From a virus (Duplodnaviria; Caudoviricetes): a stretch of 62,304 bases of DNA. The stretch is taken from positions 1-62,304 of IMG/VR virus record IMGVR_UViG_3300035682_000035; one strand, 5' to 3'. Made by a program: the position numbers and the translations under genes. The notes beneath the pieces were generated by a model, which was given only the letters and a program-made list of their open reading frames with translations, did not search any database and was not told the origin of the DNA. Below are positions 36,901 to 45,558 of the stretch, piece after piece; position 1 is the stretch's first letter; every line of letters begins with the position of its first letter.

Positions 36901-39900
36901 TAATTGCCGACAACCTTGAGTCCGTAGAGCGTGCTAAGGCGGTGCTGTTCCATGAAGCTCTTGGCCACGTTGGCCTTGAGAAGCTGTTCCGTGGCGAGCT
37001 AGATAGCGCTCTGACTGCACTGTATAAAAGCAACGGTAACATACGGGCCAATACCGATGCGTGGCTAGCTGCTAACCCAGATGCCTATGCGCAGGATACC
37101 AACCGTACCGCCCGCGCAGTAGAAGAAATCCTAGCCGAGATGTCCGAGAATGGGCAGCTTAGGCCGACAATGCTAAAGCGCATTGCAGCTATTATCCGTA
37201 ACTTTGCACGTAGGCTGGGTATCAATCTGGCAATCAGCGATGCGGACGTAGAAGCTATACTGGCTGCAGGCCACGAGCGTGTCGTAAACGGTGCGCAGGA
37301 AAGCACACTCGTCAAGGGCATGCGGTATATTAACGGCTGGCGTGGTGGTGCTGCACCTACCACAAAATACTCACGGCCCAAGACCACTAAGCAGAACAAA
37401 GAGAAAATAGGAACTGCTGAAGCTAGTATAAGTCCCGGTATGCGCCGTACCCAGAAGTCTACCTCCACTAACGGCATAGCTGAAGGTGTAGAGCAGGTTG
37501 TTAAGGGGCATAGCTGGAAAGACTGGGGCGGTGGGCTAAAGGATAACCTAGAGGCCATGGCACCACCTACCTTGGTGGCCACGCTAAAGACTATACCGAC
37601 GTCTGGCATCTTAAACTGGTTCGGCCCAGATATACCCACCATACGTGAGATTGACACGTTGGTGCAGAAGATGGTTGCCATGAAGGCCAACATACTCAAA
37701 GCTGCAGAGCAAATTGGTATGGAGTTAGACGAGTTCCTTCTGTCTGATAAAGACCAACTACTGGCCCAGACGCAGAGCACTGCCCGTATAAATGAAATGG
37801 CACCCGACGATTTCAAGTCTGCTGACGATGCACTGGCTAATCACCCTGCCATGAAGGAGGTCGAAGCTCGCATACTGAAGAACGCCAACGATAAGGTGTT
37901 AGCTGCCCGTATAATAGCCGAGGTAAAAGCCTTGGTTATGCAGAGCAAAGACGCAATCACCGTAAAGGGTGACAAGGTAGCTATGTCTACCGCTATGAAG
38001 AAGTTGGTAGCGAACCTATCTAAGACAGCCATAGATAGCAAAAATACCAGTGACCAGATGAAGCAGATAGCGGAACTTACCCGTCGTATCCGCGATACAC
38101 ATGCTTTGTGGGACAAGCTAGGTGAGCTTAAGAACGGGCACAAGCTATACAAGGAAATACGTTCCTACTACAAAGATATGTTCGAAGCCGAGCTTGCACT
38201 ACTAGACGGTCGGATTGCGTCTATCGCCGGTACTAAAGAAGCCAAGCGTTTGCGTGACCTACGTGCAGATATGATGCGGGAAGTTATGAACCCCGATGAA
38301 TCCAAGAAGGGCGGCGACATATTCTACAATCTTGACTCAAGCTTGTTCACCAAAGACTACTTTCCGTTTATGCGGGCAGGTAAATACTACATACGTGTAT
38401 CCGCTGCCAAGGACGGCTCGCGGGAGCGTGAGTTCTACCAGTTCGAAACTGCCAAGCAGCAAATAGCTGCGAAGAAAGCGATAGCTAAGCGCTTAGGTAT
38501 AGACCCTGAGAAGAACGATGGGGTACTTACTATAGGGTACGACGTCGCACAGTTGCAGGAAGAATTAAAAACTGACGACCAGATGATGAAGAAGATATTT
38601 GACCTAGTGGGTAAAGCCAAGGCCGAGTTTGCTTCAAGTGGTGTACTAGGTGCCAGCGACTTCAAAGACCTGACGGACAGCATCTACCAGACATGGTTGC
38701 TATCTACCCCCGAACGGTCAGTACGCCGCCGGTTCATGCATGCTCAAGAGGTAGTCGGGTTCCAGCAGGATATCCTACAGAACTTTGCATCGCAAGCGAG
38801 CAGCTATGCTAACCAACTAAGCAAGCTGGCATACGCCGGGGACATACGCTTAAAAACCGAGGAGGCACGTGACAACGTGTCGGACCGCCCAACTACAGAG
38901 CAGGCTAGACTTAAAGCCGCTATATATGAATTAGAACAGCGTGCCGAAGACGAGATAAACCCAAGCCCGCAGAGTTCGTTTATTAACGCCCTTAACCGTG
39001 CGTCTTACTTCTACTACCTGACAGCGCCAGCGACAGCGATGCTGCAGCTTACTTCCATACCGATACGTGTGGTGCCACGCCTGTGGCGGGATTACGGGTA
39101 TGCGGAAGGCACCCGCATGTGGCTGAAGTATATGAAGATATGGAACACTCTAGGTAAAGCTAAGGTGCAGAGCACTCGCACAGGGATAGCCGGTGTGGGT
39201 GACTCGCTTGATGTCCTGATGCCCAACATACTAAGCTCTAAATTGGTTAGTGCTGACACCAAAGAAGGTAAACTTCTACGTAGGGCACTGGCGGCAGGTA
39301 TGGAGCGCAACGTGCTTGAGACCGTGCAGGATACACTAATCCAGAACGAGCGGGAAACAGGACAGAAGCACCGTACGGGTGCAGCGCGCACCGTTGCCGA
39401 AACTGCTGCGGTAACAGGTAAAGCCATGGGCGTCATGTTCCAAGGGTTGGAAAACATCTCACGCCAAGCAGCCTACTTCATGGCGTTTGAGTTAGCGTAC
39501 AAGGCAGAGACTGCTAAAAACCCCGGCGCACCTGAGAAGGTAGTGTTTGATAAGGCAGTCACCACTGCCCTAGATACTGTGCGCGATACTCTTGGTGACT
39601 ACTCCAACTGGGAACGTTCACGCATAATGAAGAACGATGTGTCTCGTGCACTGTTCCTCTTCAAGATGCATCCCATTCTGCAGACTAAGTTCCTAGTAGG
39701 CGCGATGCGAGATATCGGGCGTGGGTTGTACCCCGGAGCTTCACCAGAAGCAAAGGCCGCACGTGCGGGCGCTATGAAGGAACTAGGCGGCGTCTTGATG
39801 ATGGCTGGCGTATTTGGTGGCCTTCTAGGTATGCCCCTGTACTCGGTCATGGCACTGGCGCTATCTGAAAGCTTTGACGAAGAAGATGATGAGGATGTGC

Positions 39901-40718
39901 GCAAGCTTATGGGTCTTGACCCACGTGTCGCCTACGACTCCGACATTATGTTCCGTGCATGGTTGATGGATAAGTTCGGAGAGCCGATGGTTGGCGACGT
40001 GTCGTTGGCAGACATTCTTATACACGGCCCGCTTGGCGCTTTATCGAACACTGAACTGTCTAGCCGTACATCACTCGACCTCAAGAATATGTGGTTCCGC
40101 GAAGCAGTTGCAGGTGACTCCACTGGTGACAGCATAATAAAAACACTGCTGGCTAACGTAGCAGGTGGGCAGATGCTTATTCAGGCGTTCAATGCAAAGG
40201 ATAACTTTGCTGAAGGCGATATGTATGGTGGTATCAAGAAGATGGCACCTGCGTTTGTTCGGTCATGGGTAGCAGCGGAGCAAGGGGAAGCCGAAGGTGT
40301 GGTTACCCGCAAGGGTGATGTCATTATAGATAAGAACGATATCACTGGGTTGGATACGTTCCGCACGATATCTGGCTTCCGACCACTGCGTCTTGCTAGA
40401 TGGCAGGACTACTACATCACTCGTAGTAAGAACGACAAAAAGATAAAGGCGGAGAAGACCCAGCTGCTATCCACCTTGGATAGGAAGCTACGTGAGGGTG
40501 ATATTACTTCTAAGGAGCAACTACAGGAGTTCATCACCGACGAGGTTATTCCGTTCAACCGCACGTACCCAGACCCAAGCTTCATAATTACCGAAGAGAC
40601 CATCATGCGGTCACTCAAGGGTCGTGCGGATGTACGGGGCCGCACAGTGCAGGGCATGCGGCTTGAGAAGAAGACTGCAGAGAAAGATATCGGTATGGCA
40701 GATAAGTTCCGCCCATAA
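33936..40718 (+). CDS. Large (2260 aa) ejection/polyvalent protein with zincin-like peptidase domain
   Basis: LFHEALGHVGL plus downstream EEILA; hydrophobic G/A segments; last late gene. Confidence 0.7.
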   Translation: MPDVRMPDGTVIRNVPAGITKAQLNAKLTKNGFDLNRLTTPKQKPSAIENIPLVGGLLAPIADIPLSAVEGLSGTTKSIADVFGADNVVSDAADYVAKAAAALKSAGSREDAEIASKIQKDAEGKGVWEEVKAAARAFTYSPLESIASVAGSAAPFIAAGVATGGTGAVPLATMAGLGAASGAGTIKGSVYDAVYSEFVKNGASEEDAAAAAEKAQEYSGKNIDQIALGGAIGALASATGFGPQFARSIGNNVVKKVAAEVAEREAVEAVKVGARKSVLGGVAKSAVVEAVPESVQGGQEKLSQNLALQREGFDVDTFRGVAGQAASEGIASLFLGGYGGARAAKAENRQILTEEIAQELDALPADADEQTISEAEARFVKRGFPLEKATQVVENLKSAKEAIDKQAAELERARAERMAQGEAEAAAEEGTGSNFTGPPPVDTEEEAAMQRMREAEFAGAGAPQQRKPSTIEQAAIDLVSAVDAGGVPFNTPRINAIGRGLGLDIGKNDKPEATIDRIRAAVGRFDFTPPISETQDTNAPPTGGVNAQYRRNTTQPTITPAFAATANEDEVRAFADQYGIDEAEAVERLSAAASSPSGIVYSRRGRPPSASTVEAAGQEGLFGALPTQEENRLDKFEEIQQRKLEQGALAPEDREAENQARADEFDRLQQERAAKDEQYTADFVKNIEDAIRRANPANEAYSVQVDATSPKPYRVVGPDGELFAAADNLQDFEAQAMDLLPYVAPPTSIQETDSANPTVATSMVQELTRDIDAARERGEIDNNQRTELIRQIERPDAYDKYGRPQDNIAKAEEEARAAMSKFRNTTGVEAKAAEAELAVANEKLTKLVNNRMLNPIRSKLRSMAENRQLEREGATSRVGSAKVQQKLGEMEGADTSAEQREQREAKIDIAEGRVSKYRRGEAQPGQVKTDVSKVRAAVDAIVSVWKGPPVVTVVQSVNDIADAKVRRAVMQDNATNAEGFVAPDGTVYLIADNLESVERAKAVLFHEALGHVGLEKLFRGELDSALTALYKSNGNIRANTDAWLAANPDAYAQDTNRTARAVEEILAEMSENGQLRPTMLKRIAAIIRNFARRLGINLAISDADVEAILAAGHERVVNGAQESTLVKGMRYINGWRGGAAPTTKYSRPKTTKQNKEKIGTAEASISPGMRRTQKSTSTNGIAEGVEQVVKGHSWKDWGGGLKDNLEAMAPPTLVATLKTIPTSGILNWFGPDIPTIREIDTLVQKMVAMKANILKAAEQIGMELDEFLLSDKDQLLAQTQSTARINEMAPDDFKSADDALANHPAMKEVEARILKNANDKVLAARIIAEVKALVMQSKDAITVKGDKVAMSTAMKKLVANLSKTAIDSKNTSDQMKQIAELTRRIRDTHALWDKLGELKNGHKLYKEIRSYYKDMFEAELALLDGRIASIAGTKEAKRLRDLRADMMREVMNPDESKKGGDIFYNLDSSLFTKDYFPFMRAGKYYIRVSAAKDGSREREFYQFETAKQQIAAKKAIAKRLGIDPEKNDGVLTIGYDVAQLQEELKTDDQMMKKIFDLVGKAKAEFASSGVLGASDFKDLTDSIYQTWLLSTPERSVRRRFMHAQEVVGFQQDILQNFASQASSYANQLSKLAYAGDIRLKTEEARDNVSDRPTTEQARLKAAIYELEQRAEDEINPSPQSSFINALNRASYFYYLTAPATAMLQLTSIPIRVVPRLWRDYGYAEGTRMWLKYMKIWNTLGKAKVQSTRTGIAGVGDSLDVLMPNILSSKLVSADTKEGKLLRRALAAGMERNVLETVQDTLIQNERETGQKHRTGAARTVAETAAVTGKAMGVMFQGLENISRQAAYFMAFELAYKAETAKNPGAPEKVVFDKAVTTALDTVRDTLGDYSNWERSRIMKNDVSRALFLFKMHPILQTKFLVGAMRDIGRGLYPGASPEAKAARAGAMKELGGVLMMAGVFGGLLGMPLYSVMALALSESFDEEDDEDVRKLMGLDPRVAYDSDIMFRAWLMDKFGEPMVGDVSLADILIHGPLGALSNTELSSRTSLDLKNMWFREAVAGDSTGDSIIKTLLANVAGGQMLIQAFNAKDNFAEGDMYGGIKKMAPAFVRSWVAAEQGEAEGVVTRKGDVIIDKNDITGLDTFRTISGFRPLRLARWQDYYITRSKNDKKIKAEKTQLLSTLDRKLREGDITSKEQLQEFITDEVIPFNRTYPDPSFIITEETIMRSLKGRADVRGRTVQGMRLEKKTAEKDIGMADKFRP

Positions 40719-40751
40719 AAAACCCCCGCTGGGGAGTAGGCCAGCGGGGGT
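40717..40751 (-). terminator. Intrinsic terminator at the early/late convergence
   Basis: 11-bp perfect stem ACCCCCGCTGG/CCAGCGGGGGT; U6 on minus strand. Confidence 0.9.
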
Positions 40752-40781
40752 AGTATCAACCAACGGAAGGAGCATCTTCCG
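40717..40781 (-). ncRNA. Candidate ~65-nt two-hairpin anti-SD small RNA
   Basis: Promoter at 40788-40816; hairpin CGGAAG-AUGCUC-CUUCCG; terminator hairpin with loop CCUACUCC and U6. Confidence 0.55.
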
Positions 40782-40787
40782 AGGACG

Positions 40788-40816
40788 TTTATAATCACAT
40801 CCTCCAGATACGTAAA
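40788..40816 (-). promoter_or_regulatory. Putative sigma70 promoter TTTACG-N17-TATAAA
   Basis: 17-nt spacer; predicted +1 (40781/40780) coincides with the hairpin start. Confidence 0.6.
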
Positions 40817-40995
40817 CCCCTAATACCAGATTTGGTATCCACCACGCTCCGGTACACTACCTTTAGCTTCAGTCTGCGTAGCACGGGGCGTATTTCCTTC
40901 TTAGCGGCTTTTGGGTCTAGGCACGGGAAGAACAGTGACGCGCCCTTGGTGAAGGCGCGCCAGTTTATATCGTAGCTGACCCCAGCTACCTTCAC
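40795..40995 (-). CDS. Small basic hypothetical protein
   Basis: Coupled to primase-helicase; SLFFPC...GLRIWR. Confidence 0.7.
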   Translation of the reverse strand: MKVAGVSYDINWRAFTKGASLFFPCLDPKAAKKEIRPVLRRLKLKVVYRSVVDTKSGIRGLRIWRM

Positions 40996-43826
40996 TCTTC
41001 GTCGGCGTCCGGCTTCACAGCCGTGATTGCGTTATTGAACAGGTCCGTAATGCCACTAAAGTCAGGGTGGTTAGCGTCGAAGATTAGCGACTGCACCGGC
41101 ACCGTGTTGACCTTCATGCCCTTTGACATGCGCTTGTTCTCTGCGTCAAGGTACAGGCCCTTGGCTTTCATAGCGTTAATGGTCGAGCGGTAAGCAATGT
41201 TACGTGCCCCACAATACTCACGGAACGAGCTAGCAGTTATGTATACCTTAGCAGTATCCGGTTCGTAGCGTATCATAAGCTCTCGCAACGGCTCTAACTG
41301 CGGTACTTCCACCATCTTGCTGCGACGGTCTACCCCGTCATTAACTATGAGAATGTTACCCAGACGGGCGTTCATAAACTCACCAAGTATCTGCTGGTCA
41401 CCTTCGGGTGGCGGTGTCATCGTGTTGCGTAGGTTGAGTATCATCTTGCACGTCCACTTAAAGATGGCAGCAATGTCCCAGTTACACAGGCCAAGATGCA
41501 GGGCGATGTAGATACCCGTTATGTTAGCTGCTGCTGTTGCCGACCAGAACCGCTCACGCTGTGTTAGCTTAAGCTTGGAGTCGATGCGCTGTTGAACCGT
41601 AGCATAAAGCGCCTTCACCTCGTCATAGTGCGTAATCAGGTACCGTGCGTAGATGTCACCTGCATGCCCGTAGTTTTCAAGCAACTGGTGGTCGAACATC
41701 TTCTTGCCATACTCGATGTCAATCGCGTCAGAATAGTCGATGCTGTATTCGATGATGCGCATGGTTTCACCATCAGGCGACCCCTTGGCAATCTCAAGCT
41801 TCTCGTAGAACGAGTGGTTAGACGAGCACAGTGCTATGGTCTGCCATGACGTCAGGTTTGCCCGAAGCTCGTTTGAAGACGCCTTCATGCGATCCTTGCC
41901 TGTACCCTGTGTAATCAAGTAGGCGAGTTCACTTAGTTGCTTGGGCTCTGTGTTCGACATTTCGTCGAAGCTGATATGCAGGTTACAGAAAACCCCTATC
42001 TTAAATACCTTCGAGTTGAACGTGTCGTCCTTCTTGGCACATAGCGCCGCTGGGTCGCCGTATACACTGTTAGCCATAAGCAGGGCTGTAGTCTTACCTG
42101 TACCTGACTTGGGGTGCACCACGTTAATGATTGCCCCACGTTGACCGGAGAAACGCAAGAGAGGCGCACCGAAGGCGGTGGCTGCTGCGAACGCATGCCC
42201 TTCAAGGCCCGGACGTCCGTACAGGTTAAACACCTCTGTCCACTTCTCCAACGTACCCTTAGCTGTCATGTGTTCGGCTAGTGCCTTGGTGACTGACGAC
42301 GGGGGGCTATGGTATGTCCCCTCGGCACTTATCTCACGGTCGCCTATAATAAACTTACTGTCGTTATCGACCCATCCAAATTGATTGCGCATTTGTTCTA
42401 CCTTTGTGTTGTGAAAATATTGAGCTACTGATTTTACTATGAAGTCCACCAAGTACGCATAATCGACCTTGGAGCTAAGCATCACGTGCTTAGAGGCGAG
42501 GAACTTGCGTAGCTCGTTACCGTCCATCACCTTTGAATTGTGCACCGTGAACTCTTTGACGCCATCCTGTGGGCTGTGCAGACGAATAAGTGCTACACCC
42601 CCCTCGACTGGGTCATCCATACGCTTGGCTACATATATGTCGTACGGATACACCAATACAACGTCCTCGACGCCTTCTTCCTCGTCTTTGGGTGTAACCT
42701 TGCGCCATACGCCACCGTGCTTGCCCCGTACGTAGGGGAAGGGAAACTCGGGTATATGGTACTTCACTGCCCCAAGCTGGGTTTCCTCTATAACTACGTT
42801 GTCCTCTGGAGTTGCCTCCTTCAGTTCTTTACCTAGTGTAATAGGGGAGCGTATCTTGCCAATGTGCGGGCACCCTGCACATCCGCCGGGATTGTGTTTC
42901 TCGAACTCCGCACATGTGTGCGGCCCGACTATGTGTGTTACCTTCTGCTCAACCTTGTCAGGGTCATAGTCAGGATGGTCTGCGGATAACTTGTGTATAG
43001 CCTTATCACGGTCCTTACAGAACTTGGCGATTGACAACGCAGCAAACCATCGTGGCTCAGATATTTCCCTGCGGTCTGCGTAACTAGCGTTAAGCTGCTT
43101 GCACCCGTTCTGACCACGGTTCATAATCTTGGTGAAGCTCGACTCCATGTTGGCACGTATAAGCTTAGCTAACGGGCTAGGTGCGAATGTAGGCATGTCA
43201 CCAAACAGTGTCGCCTTCGTCTCCTTTACCCCCAACAGGTCACGTATGTCCTGCATGGGTGTCGGCTTACCAATCGTTATGACTTCTACACGTAGGGGGT
43301 CCGTACCCTTAAAGTTAAACGTGCCGGGAATACGCAGGATACGCGCTGCTTCGAAGCAGCTGTTATCGACACGTAGCTCCTTAGTGGTGCAGACTTCCTT
43401 CAGCCTTAGACACACAGGCTCCCATTCTTCACGTGTAACTTCTTCAGTCAACGTCCAGTATACGTGCAGACCGCGCCCAGAATTAACTATGGTGGGCTTA
43501 GGCATACCGACTGTCTTGCAGAACTTACGAAGGGCATCTAACCCTTCTTCCTGTGTATCGTAGTCCTTCTCTGGCCCACAATCTATGTCGAGCCAAAGTG
43601 ACTTAAGTGACTTGACGTTTTCTTTCTTCCTGCTCTTACCGTCTGTATACTTAGCTACACCAAAAAATACATTCTTCCCTTGGTTGAGGAACGTCTTGGC
43701 CCATGCGTCGGCCTCTTCACGGGTCTCTACTAGCTCCTGTTGCTTGCTGTCGGGGCTTAGCCCGACGATAGCGTACCAACCCTCTTGGGGCTGCACCGCT
43801 GATAAAAGGTCAAAATCCTCTGCCAC
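40992..43826 (-). CDS. Primase-helicase (AEP/RepB-like primase, Cys cluster, DUF927-type helicase)
   Basis: WLDID, SGRGLHVYW, RILRIPGTFN; PHTC...CAGCPH; Walker A SGTGKTT; FDE. Confidence 0.85.
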   Translation of the reverse strand: MAEDFDLLSAVQPQEGWYAIVGLSPDSKQQELVETREEADAWAKTFLNQGKNVFFGVAKYTDGKSRKKENVKSLKSLWLDIDCGPEKDYDTQEEGLDALRKFCKTVGMPKPTIVNSGRGLHVYWTLTEEVTREEWEPVCLRLKEVCTTKELRVDNSCFEAARILRIPGTFNFKGTDPLRVEVITIGKPTPMQDIRDLLGVKETKATLFGDMPTFAPSPLAKLIRANMESSFTKIMNRGQNGCKQLNASYADRREISEPRWFAALSIAKFCKDRDKAIHKLSADHPDYDPDKVEQKVTHIVGPHTCAEFEKHNPGGCAGCPHIGKIRSPITLGKELKEATPEDNVVIEETQLGAVKYHIPEFPFPYVRGKHGGVWRKVTPKDEEEGVEDVVLVYPYDIYVAKRMDDPVEGGVALIRLHSPQDGVKEFTVHNSKVMDGNELRKFLASKHVMLSSKVDYAYLVDFIVKSVAQYFHNTKVEQMRNQFGWVDNDSKFIIGDREISAEGTYHSPPSSVTKALAEHMTAKGTLEKWTEVFNLYGRPGLEGHAFAAATAFGAPLLRFSGQRGAIINVVHPKSGTGKTTALLMANSVYGDPAALCAKKDDTFNSKVFKIGVFCNLHISFDEMSNTEPKQLSELAYLITQGTGKDRMKASSNELRANLTSWQTIALCSSNHSFYEKLEIAKGSPDGETMRIIEYSIDYSDAIDIEYGKKMFDHQLLENYGHAGDIYARYLITHYDEVKALYATVQQRIDSKLKLTQRERFWSATAAANITGIYIALHLGLCNWDIAAIFKWTCKMILNLRNTMTPPPEGDQQILGEFMNARLGNILIVNDGVDRRSKMVEVPQLEPLRELMIRYEPDTAKVYITASSFREYCGARNIAYRSTINAMKAKGLYLDAENKRMSKGMKVNTVPVQSLIFDANHPDFSGITDLFNNAITAVKPDADEE

Positions 43827-43889
43827 GCAGACACCACTCCATAGGGCAAGTCACAAGCCCACTCCTAAAAGAAAAAACTCTCTACCCCG

Positions 43890-44132
43890 TTAGGAAGTAG
43901 AGCTCTCCAGACTAGCCATGTATGAAGCTATAAGCGCCGTGGCACTGCCCTGCGGGACCGAAGTCCCGCAGAACCAGTTGTATACTGTTTGCCTCGTTAC
44001 ACCTGTACACTTGGCTACCACAGCTACGGGTATGTCCTGCGCGATACAGAGCCTACCCAGACGAACACCCAACTTGTGTTTGCTCGCCTTGGCATTTGCT
44101 TCCTGTATACGTAGACTATAACCGCCGCTCAT
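43890..44132 (-). CDS. Cro-like HTH regulator
   Basis: VAVVAKCTGVTRQTVYNWFCG. Confidence 0.8.
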   Translation of the reverse strand: MSGGYSLRIQEANAKASKHKLGVRLGRLCIAQDIPVAVVAKCTGVTRQTVYNWFCGTSVPQGSATALIASYMASLESSTS

Positions 44133-45079
44133 CAGTCGTCTTCTTCTTCGTCGTCGGCCCAGTCACTAACCACAGCGGCAAGTGTGCCGGTAGGTGCATC
44201 AACAGCGGCAGCGGTAGTAGCCTTTTTAGAAGGGCGCTTCACTGGTTCGGCCAATGCTTCTTCTTCATCGTCCTCACCATCGTCGTCATCCAAGAAGGAT
44301 GGCTTCTTAGCCTTTGGTTCTGGCTCCGGCTGTGCTGTAAGCTTGACAGGTTCTTCCGTAGTTGTGGCCTTCGCCATGTCGAAGCTAATCAAGCGCATAG
44401 TGGCAGGGTTGTTCTGCGCCTCGTTGACACGCGCTAACTCATCTAGGTCAATAAACCGGTCAGCAGTGAAGTTAAGCTCCATAGTTTCTGCGTCAAGGTT
44501 GTACGCAACCGTAGTAACCACGCGGTCAGGCGCTGCATTGTTTGACACCAGATGGCGGCAGTACTGCTCAAACGGAAGGACGTTACCAGTAGCCTTACCG
44601 AATAGCGACTTAGCTGGGATGTTGAACTGATATACATCACCGGACTCATCGCCGTCCAAGAACAGTGCTACCTTGCGGCTGAAGCGACAGGCTTTACCCT
44701 TACCGTTCTTACCCGAACCATCTATGTTCTTAGGGCAGCTAGCGCAATTAGCGGACTGACGGTTGGCGGCGGATGCTTCTGGCTTGTCACCTAGGTTAGA
44801 GAAGCAGTCAGGTGCACTGCCCTTGGCGTCGGGGTCATAGTCGTTAGCGTAGAAGCTACGGCTAGGCTTATCCAGCATAGCAAGGATGATGGCGTTAAAC
44901 TCACCACGGATGGCCTTGCCAACCTGCTCACCGTTTACGATGCGCTTGAACGTGCCGTTGGTGTTGGTGGCGATGCGGTTGTAGCCGCCCATGCCCGAAG
45001 CAATCTGCGTACCCATCTTGGATGGTGGCAACGCCACTGCGACAGCATTGGGGTTTTTGAAGATAGTCAAATTGGTCAT
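44132..45079 (-). CDS. Putative ssDNA-binding protein; likely start MTNLTI
   Basis: PDC...CASCP...KAC; very acidic C-terminus; replication module. Confidence 0.6.
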   Translation of the reverse strand: MTNLTIFKNPNAVAVALPPSKMGTQIASGMGGYNRIATNTNGTFKRIVNGEQVGKAIRGEFNAIILAMLDKPSRSFYANDYDPDAKGSAPDCFSNLGDKPEASAANRQSANCASCPKNIDGSGKNGKGKACRFSRKVALFLDGDESGDVYQFNIPAKSLFGKATGNVLPFEQYCRHLVSNNAAPDRVVTTVAYNLDAETMELNFTADRFIDLDELARVNEAQNNPATMRLISFDMAKATTTEEPVKLTAQPEPEPKAKKPSFLDDDDGEDDEEEALAEPVKRPSKKATTAAAVDAPTGTLAAVVSDWADDEEEDD

Positions 45080-45087
45080 TGTTTCTC

Positions 45088-45489
45088 TCACTTGGTTGTT
45101 GGTTTACGAACCGAAAGCACATACTTAGTATCTGCATTGAGGCCGATAGGTAGGCTATCGGGGTTCTCCTCTAGGTAATTACGCATGTTGCCATTGTGGA
45201 TGCGCTGTTCGAGAAGATGCATAACATCATTCTCCTTAAGAAACTTGTACATGGACTCCCAATCGCTCGTCCAGTATCGGGTAGCAGCGCGTCTCGTTAT
45301 CGTACCTTCTTTGGTACGTAGGCTATCGACGTTCTGTGCGTTGCAGACTTCTAGAAGCTTGGCGCTAATCATGTCCATCTGCCCCCTAAGCTCCGCTATC
45401 TCGGCTTTGTGGGCGTCTTCCTTTTCTTGCACGGCATCGCGTATCTTGCGGTAGACACGTACAAGCTTGTCTACGGGTAAGTCTTCCAT
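45088..45489 (-). CDS. Replication-module hypothetical protein
   Basis: Coiled coil then SLRTKEGT, DWES; SD AAGGAGCA. Confidence 0.75.
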   Translation of the reverse strand: MEDLPVDKLVRVYRKIRDAVQEKEDAHKAEIAELRGQMDMISAKLLEVCNAQNVDSLRTKEGTITRRAATRYWTSDWESMYKFLKENDVMHLLEQRIHNGNMRNYLEENPDSLPIGLNADTKYVLSVRKPTTK

Positions 45490-45526
45490 ATTTGTGCTCC
45501 TTCGTTGTAGTGGTACGTTATATTGT

Positions 45527-45556
45527 TAGTTACCACTTAGCTTTGACAATGTCAAA
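45527..45556 (-). promoter_or_regulatory. Promoter TTGACA-N17-TAACTA overlapped by palindrome TTTGACA-A-TGTCAAA
   Basis: Palindrome at 45542-45556 in intergenic gap. Confidence 0.5.
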
Positions 45557-45558
45557 TA

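Noticed and set aside
40722-40781. CsrA/RsmA sponge on the + strand
   Set aside because: Only two GGA-bearing hairpins; promoter and U-tract both point to a - strand RNA.
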